Shown here: positions 18,418 through 27,704 of the stretch, piece by piece
How the letters are laid out: every line of letters begins with the position of its first letter
Numbering within the stretch: position 1 is the stretch's first letter
Source: Lachnospiraceae bacterium UBA7729
Lineage (GTDB): Bacteria > Bacillota > Clostridia > Lachnospirales > Lachnospiraceae
Assembly: GCA_002482005.1 (NCBI GenBank)
Contig: DLFD01000023.1
Location: forward strand, 1-32,991
Reading direction: 5' to 3'
Length of the DNA: 32,991 nucleotides
Notes under the pieces: model-generated
The model's database searches: none
Seen by the model: only the letters and a program-made list of their open reading frames with translations
Told to the model about the DNA's origin: nothing
Position numbers and translations under genes: made by a program

Positions 18418-19143
18418 TTATAACCTGTTCCTGCGGTACAGACAATCCGCCTTTCTGCAGACTTCGCATCCCTCCCTCACACAGGAGAGGTCTTCTTTTC
18501 CGGCTCCGATCACAGCCGTAACCGATTTGCTCGGCAGCATCAGAAGAGATTCCGTGAGAACGATTCCAACCCGCTTCTCCACCTGAAGTGCCCGGAAGAT
18601 ATCCCGCTGGTCTTCAAGCGGAAAGTCACCATATCCCGGAGAAAAACGAGGACGCAGGTACAGTCCTTCTTTCAGCGCCGCCTTGAGCCGGTCATTGATC
18701 TGATCGCACCAGCTTTCTATAAAAGCCGCAGAGGCGGCCTGCATGACGACCCCTCTGCTTGGTTCTGTCAGGCCGTATCTCCTCAGCAGCATATCAACTC
18801 CGGATCCTATCGTTGCAGCAAAGACGATGACCTCACTGCACCCCCGCAGGTTCTTTTCCAGACTCCGGCTATGGGTCTGAAAACAGCCAAGATCAACCGT
18901 ATGCCTTTCATCCCCGGTCACATTCAGCGGATAAGCCTGGTGGAATTCTCTGGGACGGATCACTTTTTCCAGTTCCCCTACGACACTATCGACAAGACTG
19001 CTGGTCTGCGGATCAGGCTTCCCGTCCCTGATCCCGAGATAGCGGAAGATCTCTCTTCTGCTAACCTTCAGCGGAGCATGAACCGGATCATAAGTCAGTA
19101 TACTTTCCGCTTTCACTTCTTGTATCCCCCTGAAGTACTGCAT
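18418..19143 (-). CDS. Stand-alone methionine synthase reactivation (AdoMet-binding) domain protein with a C-terminal Cys cluster.
   Basis: Similarity to the MetH C-terminal activation domain (RFSPGYGDFPLEDQ). C-terminal CVREGCEVCRKADC. Its stop abuts the metH RBS. Confidence 0.72.
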   Translation of the reverse strand: MQYFRGIQEVKAESILTYDPVHAPLKVSRREIFRYLGIRDGKPDPQTSSLVDSVVGELEKVIRPREFHQAYPLNVTGDERHTVDLGCFQTHSRSLEKNLRGCSEVIVFAATIGSGVDMLLRRYGLTEPSRGVVMQAASAAFIESWCDQINDRLKAALKEGLYLRPRFSPGYGDFPLEDQRDIFRALQVEKRVGIVLTESLLMLPSKSVTAVIGAGKEDLSCVREGCEVCRKADCLYRRNRL

Positions 19144-19922
19144 CTGTCGATCACCTCTCTGTATGGCATGCTGCCCCCGAAGAGGTCAAGACCGCTTCCG
19201 ATCGTAACATCAACAAGACCTTTCCCGTGGTGACGAACATCCTCGAGGTCACTGAAACTTCCGATTCCGCCTGCATAAGTGACTGGCACATGGTTTGCGC
19301 CGCGGCCGCATACTTTTGCAAGAAGATCCACAAGTTCAAGCTGCGGCCCCCTCTGCTTTCCCTCTGCATCCACGCCATGCACCAGGAACTCGTCACAGGA
19401 CCCAGAAAGCATTATGAGGATGCTGAGGGAAAGCCTGACATCGGTAAATTTCTGCCAGCGATCGGTCACGATATAGAATCCATCTTCCTTCGCTCTGCAG
19501 GAAAGATCCAGGATCAGGTGTTCCCTTCCGACTGCGCGGACCATCTCATCAAGATGATCCCTGTCGAATCGTCCTTCGGAAAAGACATATGAGGTAACGA
19601 TCACATGGGAAGCGCCAGCTTTCAGATACTCCTCTGCATTCCACGGATTGACCCCGCCGCCCAGGCTGAAGTCGCCCGGCTCTGCATTCAGAGCCTCAAG
19701 TGCCTGCTGCCTGGTTGCTTCGAAATAAGGAGACGATGCCGGATTGAGCAGGATGATATGTCCGCCCTTCAGGTGATCCTTATGGTAAAAACGGGCAAAA
19801 TCCGCTGCAGACCGCTCTGAGACAAAGTTCTCAAGCGCAGAATCTCCCCTGTCCCTGAGAGAACCTCCGATGATCTGCTTCACCTTTCCATTATGGATAT
19901 CGATGCAAGGGCGGAATCTCAT
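19113..19922 (-). CDS. hisA: Eukaryotic (His6)-type HisA: 1-(5-phosphoribosyl)-5-[(5-phosphoribosylamino)methylideneamino]imidazole-4-carboxamide isomerase.
   Basis: CIDIHNGKVKQIIGGSL, LGGGVN, HVIVTSYVF, DLSCR, FLVHGVDAEG, YAGG and DVTIGSGLDLFGG all parallel yeast His6. Strong RBS GAGGAGG. Confidence 0.8.
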   Translation of the reverse strand: MRFRPCIDIHNGKVKQIIGGSLRDRGDSALENFVSERSAADFARFYHKDHLKGGHIILLNPASSPYFEATRQQALEALNAEPGDFSLGGGVNPWNAEEYLKAGASHVIVTSYVFSEGRFDRDHLDEMVRAVGREHLILDLSCRAKEDGFYIVTDRWQKFTDVRLSLSILIMLSGSCDEFLVHGVDAEGKQRGPQLELVDLLAKVCGRGANHVPVTYAGGIGSFSDLEDVRHHGKGLVDVTIGSGLDLFGGSMPYREVIDRCSTSGGYKK

Positions 19923-19933
19923 GAAGGGCCTCC

Positions 19934-21622
19934 TCAGAACAGTCCTGTGATCTTTCCATTCTCATCTACGTCAATGTTTTCCGCTGCCGGACGTGTCGGC
20001 AGTCCAGGCATCGTCATGATGTCCCCGGTAAGTGCAACGATAAAGCCGGCCCCGGCGTTCACCTTCAGATTACGTACGGTAATCTTGAATCCGGAAGGCG
20101 CACCGAGCTTTTTCGGATCATCCGTGAAGGAATACTGGGTCTTTGCCACACAGATCGGCAGATCGCCATATCCCATAGCTTCCAGCTGTTTCTCCTGTTT
20201 CTTCGCGTTTTCCGTCAGAAGGACACCGTCACCTCCGTAAATCTTACGGACGATCTGGTCCAGCTTATCTTCAATGCTTCCGTCGAGATCATAAGCATAA
20301 CCGAAGTGATTCGGCTCTTCACACAGTCTCACGACTTCTGCCGCCAGTGCTTCGGCACCTTCTCCTCCTTTTGCCCATACCTCGGACAGGACAACCTTCA
20401 CACCGAGCTTTCCGCACTCTTCCTTCACAAGTTTCCACTCTGCTTCTGTATCAGTCGGAAATGCATTGAGCGCAACAACACACGGAAGTCCGAACACGTC
20501 TCGTATATTGCTGACATGTTTCAGAAGGTTCGGAAGCCCTGCCTCCAGCGCGTCAAGATCCTCTGATGCAAGTTCGTTCTTTGGTCTGCCGCCATGCATC
20601 TTCAGAGCCCTTACGGTAGCCACCACGACAACTGCATCCGGACGTATCCCTGCTTTCCTGCACTTGATATCAAGGAACTTCTCTGCTCCAAGATCAGCTC
20701 CGAAGCCTGCCTCCGTTACGGTATAATCCGCAAGTTTCATGCCCATTCTTGTTGCTATGACAGAGTTGCATCCATGTGCGATATTGGCAAAAGGTCCGCC
20801 ATGGATGATGGCCGGTGTATGTTCAAGTGTCTGGACCAGATTCGGTTTGATCGCATCCTTGAGAAGAGCGGCCATTGCTCCCTCCGCATGAAGATCTCCC
20901 GCTGTCACAGGCTTCTGCTCAGCGATCCTGCCATAGGTATAGCCGACGATCAGTCGAGACAGCCTTTCTTTCAGATCCATAAGATCAGAGGAGAGGCAAA
21001 GGACCGCCATTACTTCAGATGCAACTGTAATATCATATCCGTCTTCTCTCGGAACGCCATTCGGTTTTCCGCCAAGACCATCCACAAGAAAGCGAAGCTG
21101 ACGGTCATTCATATCAACGCATCGTTTCCAGGTGATCTTACGTGGATCAATATTCAGAGGATTTCCATGATAGATGGAATTATCGATCATGGCAGCAAGA
21201 AGATTATTGGCGGCACCGATTGCATGAAAATCTCCCGTAAAGTGAAGGTTGATGTCTTCCATCGGAACAACCTGAGCATAGCCGCCGCCTGCTGCGCCTC
21301 CCTTAAGACCGAAAACCGGACCCAGAGATGGTTCTCTCAGGACTGCGATACTCTTCTTCCCGATCCTGGAAAGGCCGTCTGCAAGCCCGACAGATGTGGT
21401 CGTCTTACCTTCTCCTGCTGGAGTAGGTGTGATGGCGGTGACCAGGATCAGTTTTCCATCCGGCTTCGCTGCTTTGTCCTTCAGCAGTCTGTCGCTGATC
21501 TTGGCTTTATATCTTCCGTACTGTTCCAGATACTTCTCTTCGATTCCAAGTCCATCAGCAATCTCAGTAATCGGCTTCATCACAGCCGACTGTGCGATCT
21601 CAATATCAGATTTTACCGACAT
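19934..21622 (-). CDS. fhs: Formate--tetrahydrofolate ligase.
   Basis: [13 protein letters not shown]-loop and FTHS family sequence throughout. Start set at MSVKSD with RBS CAGGAGGTG. The ORF-track extension only reads through the upstream repeat. Confidence 0.9.
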   Translation of the reverse strand: MSVKSDIEIAQSAVMKPITEIADGLGIEEKYLEQYGRYKAKISDRLLKDKAAKPDGKLILVTAITPTPAGEGKTTTSVGLADGLSRIGKKSIAVLREPSLGPVFGLKGGAAGGGYAQVVPMEDINLHFTGDFHAIGAANNLLAAMIDNSIYHGNPLNIDPRKITWKRCVDMNDRQLRFLVDGLGGKPNGVPREDGYDITVASEVMAVLCLSSDLMDLKERLSRLIVGYTYGRIAEQKPVTAGDLHAEGAMAALLKDAIKPNLVQTLEHTPAIIHGGPFANIAHGCNSVIATRMGMKLADYTVTEAGFGADLGAEKFLDIKCRKAGIRPDAVVVVATVRALKMHGGRPKNELASEDLDALEAGLPNLLKHVSNIRDVFGLPCVVALNAFPTDTEAEWKLVKEECGKLGVKVVLSEVWAKGGEGAEALAAEVVRLCEEPNHFGYAYDLDGSIEDKLDQIVRKIYGGDGVLLTENAKKQEKQLEAMGYGDLPICVAKTQYSFTDDPKKLGAPSGFKITVRNLKVNAGAGFIVALTGDIMTMPGLPTRPAAENIDVDENGKITGLF

Positions 21623-21634
21623 TAGAACACCTCC

Positions 21635-21668
21635 TGTGTCTTCTGTGTCTTCTGTGTCTTCTGTGTCT
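21635..21668. repeat. Microsatellite of about 3.8 copies of a 9-bp unit (TGTGTCTTC) in the fhs 5' leader or promoter.
   Basis: Direct observation. It lies 13 nt upstream of the fhs start codon on the coding strand, as (GAAGACACA)n. Confidence 0.7.
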
Positions 21669-21747
21669 GTCTGCTGTATTTCGATTCCCTTCCCCCCCGG
21701 GCTGCTTAGTTTCCTCAAACATCACTGATGCCATGCGGCCTGTTCCA

Positions 21748-23694
21748 TCAGAGTGTATCCAGTTTTTCTCTCCATACCTTTACAACGGCATCAGACGGCA
21801 TCCGGAGATCTCCTCTCGGTGAAAGCGCAACGGAGCCAACCTTCGGACCGTCCGGAATACAGGAACGCTTGTACTGCTGAGCAAAGAAGCGCCAGTAGAA
21901 CGTCTTCTCCCACTTCAGAATCACCGCATCATCATATACACCTGCAAACGTTCTCCTTGCCAGTCTGTAGATCTTGAGCGGATCAAATCCAAATCTAAGA
22001 ACATAGTACAGGAAGAAATCATGCAGCTCGTAAGGTCCGACCAGATCTTCAGTGATCTGGGCGATCTTTCCGTCTTTCGGAGGAAGAAGCTCCGGGCTTA
22101 CAGGAGTATCCAGCACATCATACAGAACCTTTTTCAGGTTTTCTTTCCCGCAGAAATCTGCATAATAATGGACCAGATGCTTTACCAGAGTTTTCGGGAC
22201 CGAACTGTTTACGGCGTACATCGACATATGGTCCCCGTTATAGGTTGCCCACCCAAGCGCCAGCTCCGACATATCGCCGGTACCGATGACCATCCCGCTA
22301 TACTGGTTTGCAATGTCCATCAGAATCTGTGTCCTCTCCCTTGCCTGGCTGTTCTCATAGGTGACATCCGTCACCGCAGGATCATGTTCAATATCCCGGA
22401 AGTGGATCTGAACTGCCTCTTTGATATTGATCTCTTTCAGGGTACAGCCAAGAGTCCTTGACATCTCAACAGCATTGTTATATGTACGGTCCGTGGTGCC
22501 GAACGCAGGCATCGTCACTGCATAGATACCGCTATGGTCCATGTTCAGCATGTCGAATGCCCTGACCGTCACAAGCAGAGCAAGCGTTGAATCCAGACCG
22601 CCGGATATCCCGATCACGGCTGACTTGCAGTGGATATGTTCGATCCTCTTCTTAAGTCCGAGAGCCTGGATCGTCAGGATCTCCTCGCAGCGCTGCTCAC
22701 GGTCATGAACATCGGAAGGTACGAATGGTCGTCTTGCATATGTCCTGGTCAGCTCTGTCTCTTCTACCCTGAGGCTGAACGGAATCACACGAAATTCCCC
22801 TTCCGGCTTTGACTGGTAGGTCGTCATCCTTCTTCTCTCGGCCTGAAGCCGGTCTATATCAAGCTCGGAACACGTGATTCCTGTAGTAAAACGTCCGGAA
22901 TCCGCCAGCAGGGTCCCGTTCTCGGCGATCAGTCTCTGTCCCCCGAAGACAAGATCCTGAGAGGACTCTCCTTCTCCTGCGCTGCAGTAGACATAGCCGG
23001 AGATCAGGCGCGCAGAAGTCATCGATACAAGCTGCTTGCGATAAGCGCTTTTGCCTGTGATCTCGACGGAAGCGGAAAGATTCACGATCAGATCTGCACC
23101 TGAGAGCGCCATCCTGGTTGACGGAGGATCCGGAGTCCATACATCCTCGCAGATCTCTGCGCCTACCAGCAGTTTCCCCATGTTCATCCCGTCATCAGAG
23201 AAAGCATCCCTGGCAGCCGGAATGCACTGAAACAGCAGATCCATGCCGAATGGCACTTTCCTGCCATAGAAACTGATGTCCGTCACCTCATGACTGCCTG
23301 GCGCAAACCACCTTGCCTCATAATACTCGTTATAATTCGGGATAAACCTTTTCGGTACAAATCCCAGGATATTTCCCTTCTGAAGCGCCGCTGCGACGTT
23401 ATACAGTTTCCCGCACACCTCTATCGGAAGACCAACAAAGATCAGAGCTTCCAGGTCATCCGTCTTTTCCGCCACCTCCAGAAGCCCTCTGGCAGCTTTC
23501 CGGACCAGGGGAGACTGAAGGAACAGATCATTGCAGGTATAAGCGGTCAGAACAAGCTCCGGAAATACAATGATCTTTGCTCCTTCATCGGCAGCCTCAT
23601 GGGCCAGACGGATCACTTCGCCGGCATTGTGGTCCACATCCGCGACACGAATCTTCGGAGTTGCCGCAGCGACTTTTATAAAACCATCTTTCAT
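21748..23694 (-). CDS. nadE: Glutamine-dependent NAD+ synthetase (nitrilase domain plus PP-loop ATPase domain).
   Basis: N-terminal CN-hydrolase domain and ISGGLDS PP-loop motif. 648 aa. Confidence 0.9.
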   Translation of the reverse strand: MKDGFIKVAAATPKIRVADVDHNAGEVIRLAHEAADEGAKIIVFPELVLTAYTCNDLFLQSPLVRKAARGLLEVAEKTDDLEALIFVGLPIEVCGKLYNVAAALQKGNILGFVPKRFIPNYNEYYEARWFAPGSHEVTDISFYGRKVPFGMDLLFQCIPAARDAFSDDGMNMGKLLVGAEICEDVWTPDPPSTRMALSGADLIVNLSASVEITGKSAYRKQLVSMTSARLISGYVYCSAGEGESSQDLVFGGQRLIAENGTLLADSGRFTTGITCSELDIDRLQAERRRMTTYQSKPEGEFRVIPFSLRVEETELTRTYARRPFVPSDVHDREQRCEEILTIQALGLKKRIEHIHCKSAVIGISGGLDSTLALLVTVRAFDMLNMDHSGIYAVTMPAFGTTDRTYNNAVEMSRTLGCTLKEINIKEAVQIHFRDIEHDPAVTDVTYENSQARERTQILMDIANQYSGMVIGTGDMSELALGWATYNGDHMSMYAVNSSVPKTLVKHLVHYYADFCGKENLKKVLYDVLDTPVSPELLPPKDGKIAQITEDLVGPYELHDFFLYYVLRFGFDPLKIYRLARRTFAGVYDDAVILKWEKTFYWRFFAQQYKRSCIPDGPKVGSVALSPRGDLRMPSDAVVKVWREKLDTL

Positions 23695-23767
23695 AGCTCT
23701 CTCCTTTGGTCTTCCCTCAGATATCTCTGATCCTCAGGAACACCCATTCCGCATTCTGCTGTCAAGC

Positions 23768-24643
23768 TTACTTTCTCTCTTCAGCGATCTTCATCAGTTC
23801 CTCCGGTTCAAACCGATAAGACCTGCCGCAGAAATTGCAGGCAATATCGACAGGCTTTCCATCATCGATCAGCTCCTGAAGGTCACTCATCTGAAGAGTC
23901 GACAGTACATGGCTCACACGTTCCTTGGAGCAGTCGCAGTAAAAGGATACTTCCTCCCTTTCCTCGGTCCGCATCCCAAGATCTCCCAGGATTCTTTCCA
24001 GGATCTTCTCCGGTGTGTCTCCCTGCTCGAGCATCTCCGTTACGGAAGGACTCTCCTTCAGTCTCCTTTCGAGAGCGGTGATCACTTTATCCGGCGTCTG
24101 CGGCATGATCTGGATAATGAATCCTCCTGCCTCTTTGACACTGAGATCTGTATCCACAAGGACACCAAGCCCGACAGCACTCGGAATCTGATCAGATTCT
24201 GCAAAATAATAAGTCAGGTCCTCCGCCAGCTCCCCGCTTGGCATCTCGATCGTCCCGACGTAGGGTTCCTTAAGTCCCAGGTCTCTGATAACCGTAAGTG
24301 TCCCATGTCCGACTGCCCCGGCAACATCCAGGTGTCCGTTCTGCTTAAGAGGCAGCTCTACACCAGGATGATTGACATAGCCTTTGGCATGTCCCTTGGA
24401 ATCTGCAGTGACCGTGATCCCGCCGATCGGTCCGTCGCCCTTGACCTGAATCGTAAGGACTCCTCTGTCTTCCTTCATCATGCTTCCCATCATGACTCCG
24501 CCTGTAAGCAGTCTTCCGAGGGCTGCTGTGCAGACCGGTGTCATGCTGTGTGCTTTTCTGGCATATTCTGCCATCTCCCTTGTTGATGCCGCAAAGGCGC
24601 GGATAGAATCATCCGCAGCCACTGCTCTTACCATATAATCCAT
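23768..24643 (-). CDS. hslO: Redox-regulated chaperone Hsp33.
   Basis: Hsp33 fold sequence and C-terminal zinc centre CDCS...CNFCG. Confidence 0.9.
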   Translation of the reverse strand: MDYMVRAVAADDSIRAFAASTREMAEYARKAHSMTPVCTAALGRLLTGGVMMGSMMKEDRGVLTIQVKGDGPIGGITVTADSKGHAKGYVNHPGVELPLKQNGHLDVAGAVGHGTLTVIRDLGLKEPYVGTIEMPSGELAEDLTYYFAESDQIPSAVGLGVLVDTDLSVKEAGGFIIQIMPQTPDKVITALERRLKESPSVTEMLEQGDTPEKILERILGDLGMRTEEREEVSFYCDCSKERVSHVLSTLQMSDLQELIDDGKPVDIACNFCGRSYRFEPEELMKIAEERK

Positions 24644-24656
24644 AATCTGTTCTCCA

Positions 24657-25511
24657 TCAGAATATATGCAGTCCGCCGGCTATAAGTCCCCCGATCACTC
24701 CTGTGACGTACAGGATAACAGTCAGCTGGATATTCTCTTTTGTATTCCTGTTTGTCCGAAACAGGACAAGGATCCCGACTCCTGCTCCGACCATCAGACC
24801 GGAAAGCATGGCTCCGGCGCTCATAACCCCTTCCAGATACAGCTGGGTAAGTGCTATCGAAGCCGCACAGTTCGGGATCAGGCCGATCAGGCCTGCTATG
24901 ATCTCACCGGCTACAGGTTTGTTCAGCACAAGCTTCAGGATATTGTCTGTTCCGATATAAGCAAACAGGATATTCAGGCCGACCGATATCAGAAAGAGGA
25001 AAAATACAATGTTCAGGGTATGCTTCAGCGCCGACCTGAAGATACTTTCATCACAGTGGCAATGCTCCTGTGTACAAAGTCCATGGATCCCCACCCCAAT
25101 CTTCCTTTCATTGAATCTTCTGAAAAGGAAATCCACTGCAAAGCCGGCTGCAGCTCCGTACGCTGCCTTCACAAGCAGGACTTTCAGAATAAAGTCCATG
25201 CCTGACCTTTCTGAGATCAGGATCGGAAGCATTTCATCCGATGTTGAGAGGAAGACAGCGATCAGTGTACCGACAGTGATGACTCTTCCCGAATAGAGGC
25301 TGGCTGCTGCCGCCGAGAATCCGCACTGCGGTATGATCCCGATAAAGCCGCCTGCAAGAGGCCCGAGCCTTCCTGCCCGCCTGATCGCTTTCTTTGTCCT
25401 GTCTGAAGTCCTGTGTTCGATCTCTTCCATGATCAGATAGGTAAGAAAAAGAAATGGGATCAGTTTCAGTGTATCAAGAGTTCCGTCCCATACCGCTTCC
25501 AGCAATCTCAT
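24657..25511 (-). CDS. Polytopic membrane permease, ArsP_2-like putative heavy-metal exporter. It is an internal two-fold repeat with P-x-C motifs.
   Basis: GIIPQCGFS and GLIPNCAAS repeats, about 8-10 TM segments, a histidine- and cysteine-rich loop (HGLCTQEHCHCDE). The family assignment is from memory. Confidence 0.55.
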   Translation of the reverse strand: MRLLEAVWDGTLDTLKLIPFLFLTYLIMEEIEHRTSDRTKKAIRRAGRLGPLAGGFIGIIPQCGFSAAAASLYSGRVITVGTLIAVFLSTSDEMLPILISERSGMDFILKVLLVKAAYGAAAGFAVDFLFRRFNERKIGVGIHGLCTQEHCHCDESIFRSALKHTLNIVFFLFLISVGLNILFAYIGTDNILKLVLNKPVAGEIIAGLIGLIPNCAASIALTQLYLEGVMSAGAMLSGLMVGAGVGILVLFRTNRNTKENIQLTVILYVTGVIGGLIAGGLHIF

Positions 25512-25670
25512 ACGATAATTCCTGTCTTTCTGTAATCAATGTCTTCATTGCCCTGTTGCAATTATGCGGACGCACTGCTTCCTGCAGAGCGCCCGCTATC
25601 ATGCACAATTGATTGTATCAAACCTGTCAAGATGACTTCTGACCGCAGAAAACAGAATCTGTCAGCAGCG

Positions 25671-25692
25671 GAAAAGGCAGAGCTTTCTGCCT
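25671..25692 (-). terminator. Probable glyA terminator: AGGCAG/CTGCCT stem with a short U-tract.
   Basis: A 6-bp stem with TTTT on the minus strand, 4 nt after the glyA stop. Weak. Confidence 0.4.
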
Positions 25693-25695
25693 GCA

Positions 25696-26934
25696 TCAGC
25701 TGAGTGGATATTTATCTGTCAGTGACCTGACCAGTTCTCTGCAATAGTCCGCTTTTTTCTCGCCCTCTTTGATCGATGCCGCGATCACTTCCGCAACAAC
25801 ATCAAAGTCCTCTCCATTAAGTCCTCTTGTTGTCGCTGCAGGGGTCCCCAGGCGAAGTCCGGATGTAACAAAAGGCGACTCCGGGTCATTCGGGATCGTG
25901 TTCTTGTTAGCCGTGATCCCGACTGCATCAAGCTCTGCCTCAACTGTCTTTCCGGTCTTTCCGGTCCCCCGGAGATCAACAAGCAGCAGATGATTATCAG
26001 TCCCGCCCGAAACAAGATTGATTCCTCTCTTCATCAAGCCGTCCGCCAGTGCTTTCGCATTGCTGACGATCCTCCGGCAGTAATCTGCAAATTCAGGCTG
26101 AAGAGCTTCCCTGAAGCATACAGCTTTTGCCGCGATCACATGCTCAAGAGGTCCTCCCTGTATTCCCGGGAAGACAGCTTTGTTCAGCTTATGCTCTTTC
26201 GCGAATTCAGCGCTGGAAAGGATCATCCCTCCTCTCGGACCGCGAAGAGTCTTATGTGTTGTAGTAGTGACGACATCCGCATATGGGAATGGACTCGGAT
26301 GAAGTCCGGTTGCCACCAGTCCCGCTATATGAGCGATGTCGACCATCAGGTACGCTCCGACCGAATGAGCAATATCAGCAAACTTTTCAAAATCGATCGT
26401 CCTCGGATAAGCACTTGCCCCGGCGATGATCAGCTTTGGCCTCGCTTCTTCTGCTATCTCCCTGACTTTATCGTAATCGATATATCCTTCCGGATCGACT
26501 CCGTAGGGCACCACTTTGAAATATGTTCCTGAGAAGTTTGCCGGGCTTCCGTGCGTCAGATGACCGCCTTCGGAAAGATTCATTCCCATAAGGGTATCGC
26601 CTGGCTTCAGGAGCGCAAACTCAACCGCCATATTTGCCTGGGCGCCCGAATGCGGCTGCACGTTCGCATAAGTACAGCCAAACAGTTTCTTCGCTCTTTC
26701 CCTGGCAAGGTCTTCGACAACATCGACGCAGCTGCAGCCGCCATAGTACCGGTGGCCAGGATATCCTTCTGCATACTTATTTGTCAGAGGGCTTCCCATC
26801 GCTGCCATGACTGCGTGTGAGACCCAGTTCTCCGATGCGATAAGTTCAATGTGGCTGTTCTGTCTTCTGATCTCATCTTCAATCGCAGAGGCGATCTCCG
26901 GATCTTCTCTTCTTACATCTTCGATTGAATACAT
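25696..26934 (-). CDS. glyA: Serine hydroxymethyltransferase.
   Basis: PLP-lysine motif region [14 protein letters not shown]. 412 aa, full-length similarity. Confidence 0.95.
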   Translation of the reverse strand: MYSIEDVRREDPEIASAIEDEIRRQNSHIELIASENWVSHAVMAAMGSPLTNKYAEGYPGHRYYGGCSCVDVVEDLARERAKKLFGCTYANVQPHSGAQANMAVEFALLKPGDTLMGMNLSEGGHLTHGSPANFSGTYFKVVPYGVDPEGYIDYDKVREIAEEARPKLIIAGASAYPRTIDFEKFADIAHSVGAYLMVDIAHIAGLVATGLHPSPFPYADVVTTTTHKTLRGPRGGMILSSAEFAKEHKLNKAVFPGIQGGPLEHVIAAKAVCFREALQPEFADYCRRIVSNAKALADGLMKRGINLVSGGTDNHLLLVDLRGTGKTGKTVEAELDAVGITANKNTIPNDPESPFVTSGLRLGTPAATTRGLNGEDFDVVAEVIAASIKEGEKKADYCRELVRSLTDKYPLS

Positions 26935-26984
26935 GCTGGCTGTCTTCTCCTTTCTGTAGGCGAACAGTTCTTAAGTTTTATTCA

Positions 26985-27013
26985 ATATAAACGTATTAAG
27001 CACGAAAAGTCAA
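26985..27013 (-). promoter_or_regulatory. Candidate glyA promoter: TTGACT, 17 bp, TTATAT.
   Basis: The reverse complement of 26985-27013 gives this arrangement. The -35 overlaps the upstream gene's stop. RBS AAAGGAGAAG. Confidence 0.3.
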
Positions 27014-27675
27014 TGAACATAGTACTCAACAAGAACTGAGGTCAGATTGGCACAGATATGCATTGCCACAGGGGCTTCCATTCCTTTTTCCAGATGATAG
27101 AACAGCTGCAGGACCAAAGCCATGGGAAAAGCATAGAATATCTGGATCGGATTTCCATGGCAGAGAGCGAAAAGAGCCGATGTACCCAGGACCGCCGCTG
27201 CTTCCGGCAGAAACTTCATCATATTCCCGAATACGATACCGCGAAAAAGCAGCTCTTCACAGACTGGCGCAAGAAATCCAAGTACCGCTGTCTGGATTGG
27301 AAGGGAAGCTGAGAAAAGCATCTCCTGTGTATGATTGGAAAAGACATCAGTAAGATGCAGTGCATCCGTGATCCTCCCATACCCCACCGAAAGGACAGCT
27401 CCGCACAGTCCCGCTGCCGCAGTTATCAGGATTCCGGCTGCAAGGGTGTTTTTCCGTCTTTTTTCAAAAGGTCTGAAAACAGCCCATTTTTTCCCGAGCA
27501 GAAAAAAAACGGGGATCAGGACAGCAGAAGAGATTCCTGTGAGAAATGTTCCATGCATGCCTGCATACTCTTCGCCGAAGATCATCCCTGCTGCCCAGGA
27601 GACGATTCCTGAAACAGCCAGCCACAGCACTATCCCAGCAAGTGCTCTTAGAACTGCATCCTTTCCTCTCTGCAT
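27010..27675 (-). CDS. CPBP-family (CAAX/Abi, PF02517) intramembrane glutamic protease.
   Basis: EELLFRG motif 1, FALCHG, MHICANL histidine motifs and about 6 TM segments. Its start is 30 nt after the surface-protein stop. Confidence 0.8.
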   Translation of the reverse strand: MQRGKDAVLRALAGIVLWLAVSGIVSWAAGMIFGEEYAGMHGTFLTGISSAVLIPVFFLLGKKWAVFRPFEKRRKNTLAAGILITAAAGLCGAVLSVGYGRITDALHLTDVFSNHTQEMLFSASLPIQTAVLGFLAPVCEELLFRGIVFGNMMKFLPEAAAVLGTSALFALCHGNPIQIFYAFPMALVLQLFYHLEKGMEAPVAMHICANLTSVLVEYYVH

Positions 27676-27704
27676 CCTCTTCCTCCAGCTTTTCCATCAT
27701 CATG

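Noticed and set aside
21623-21718. N-terminal extension of fhs reading [28 protein letters not shown].
   Set aside because: The extension is a read-through of the 9-bp microsatellite. A perfect RBS and ATG at MSVKSD match FTHS N-termini. Similar over-long ORF-track starts were trimmed for tsaD, rimI, the NUDIX gene, the SPFH gene, hpf, metH and the kinase.
25512-25670. TTGACA hexamer (reverse complement of plus 25625-25630) upstream of the permease gene, considered as a promoter.
   Set aside because: No acceptable -10 hexamer lies at 16-18 bp spacing; the nearby TACAAT is only 7 bp away.
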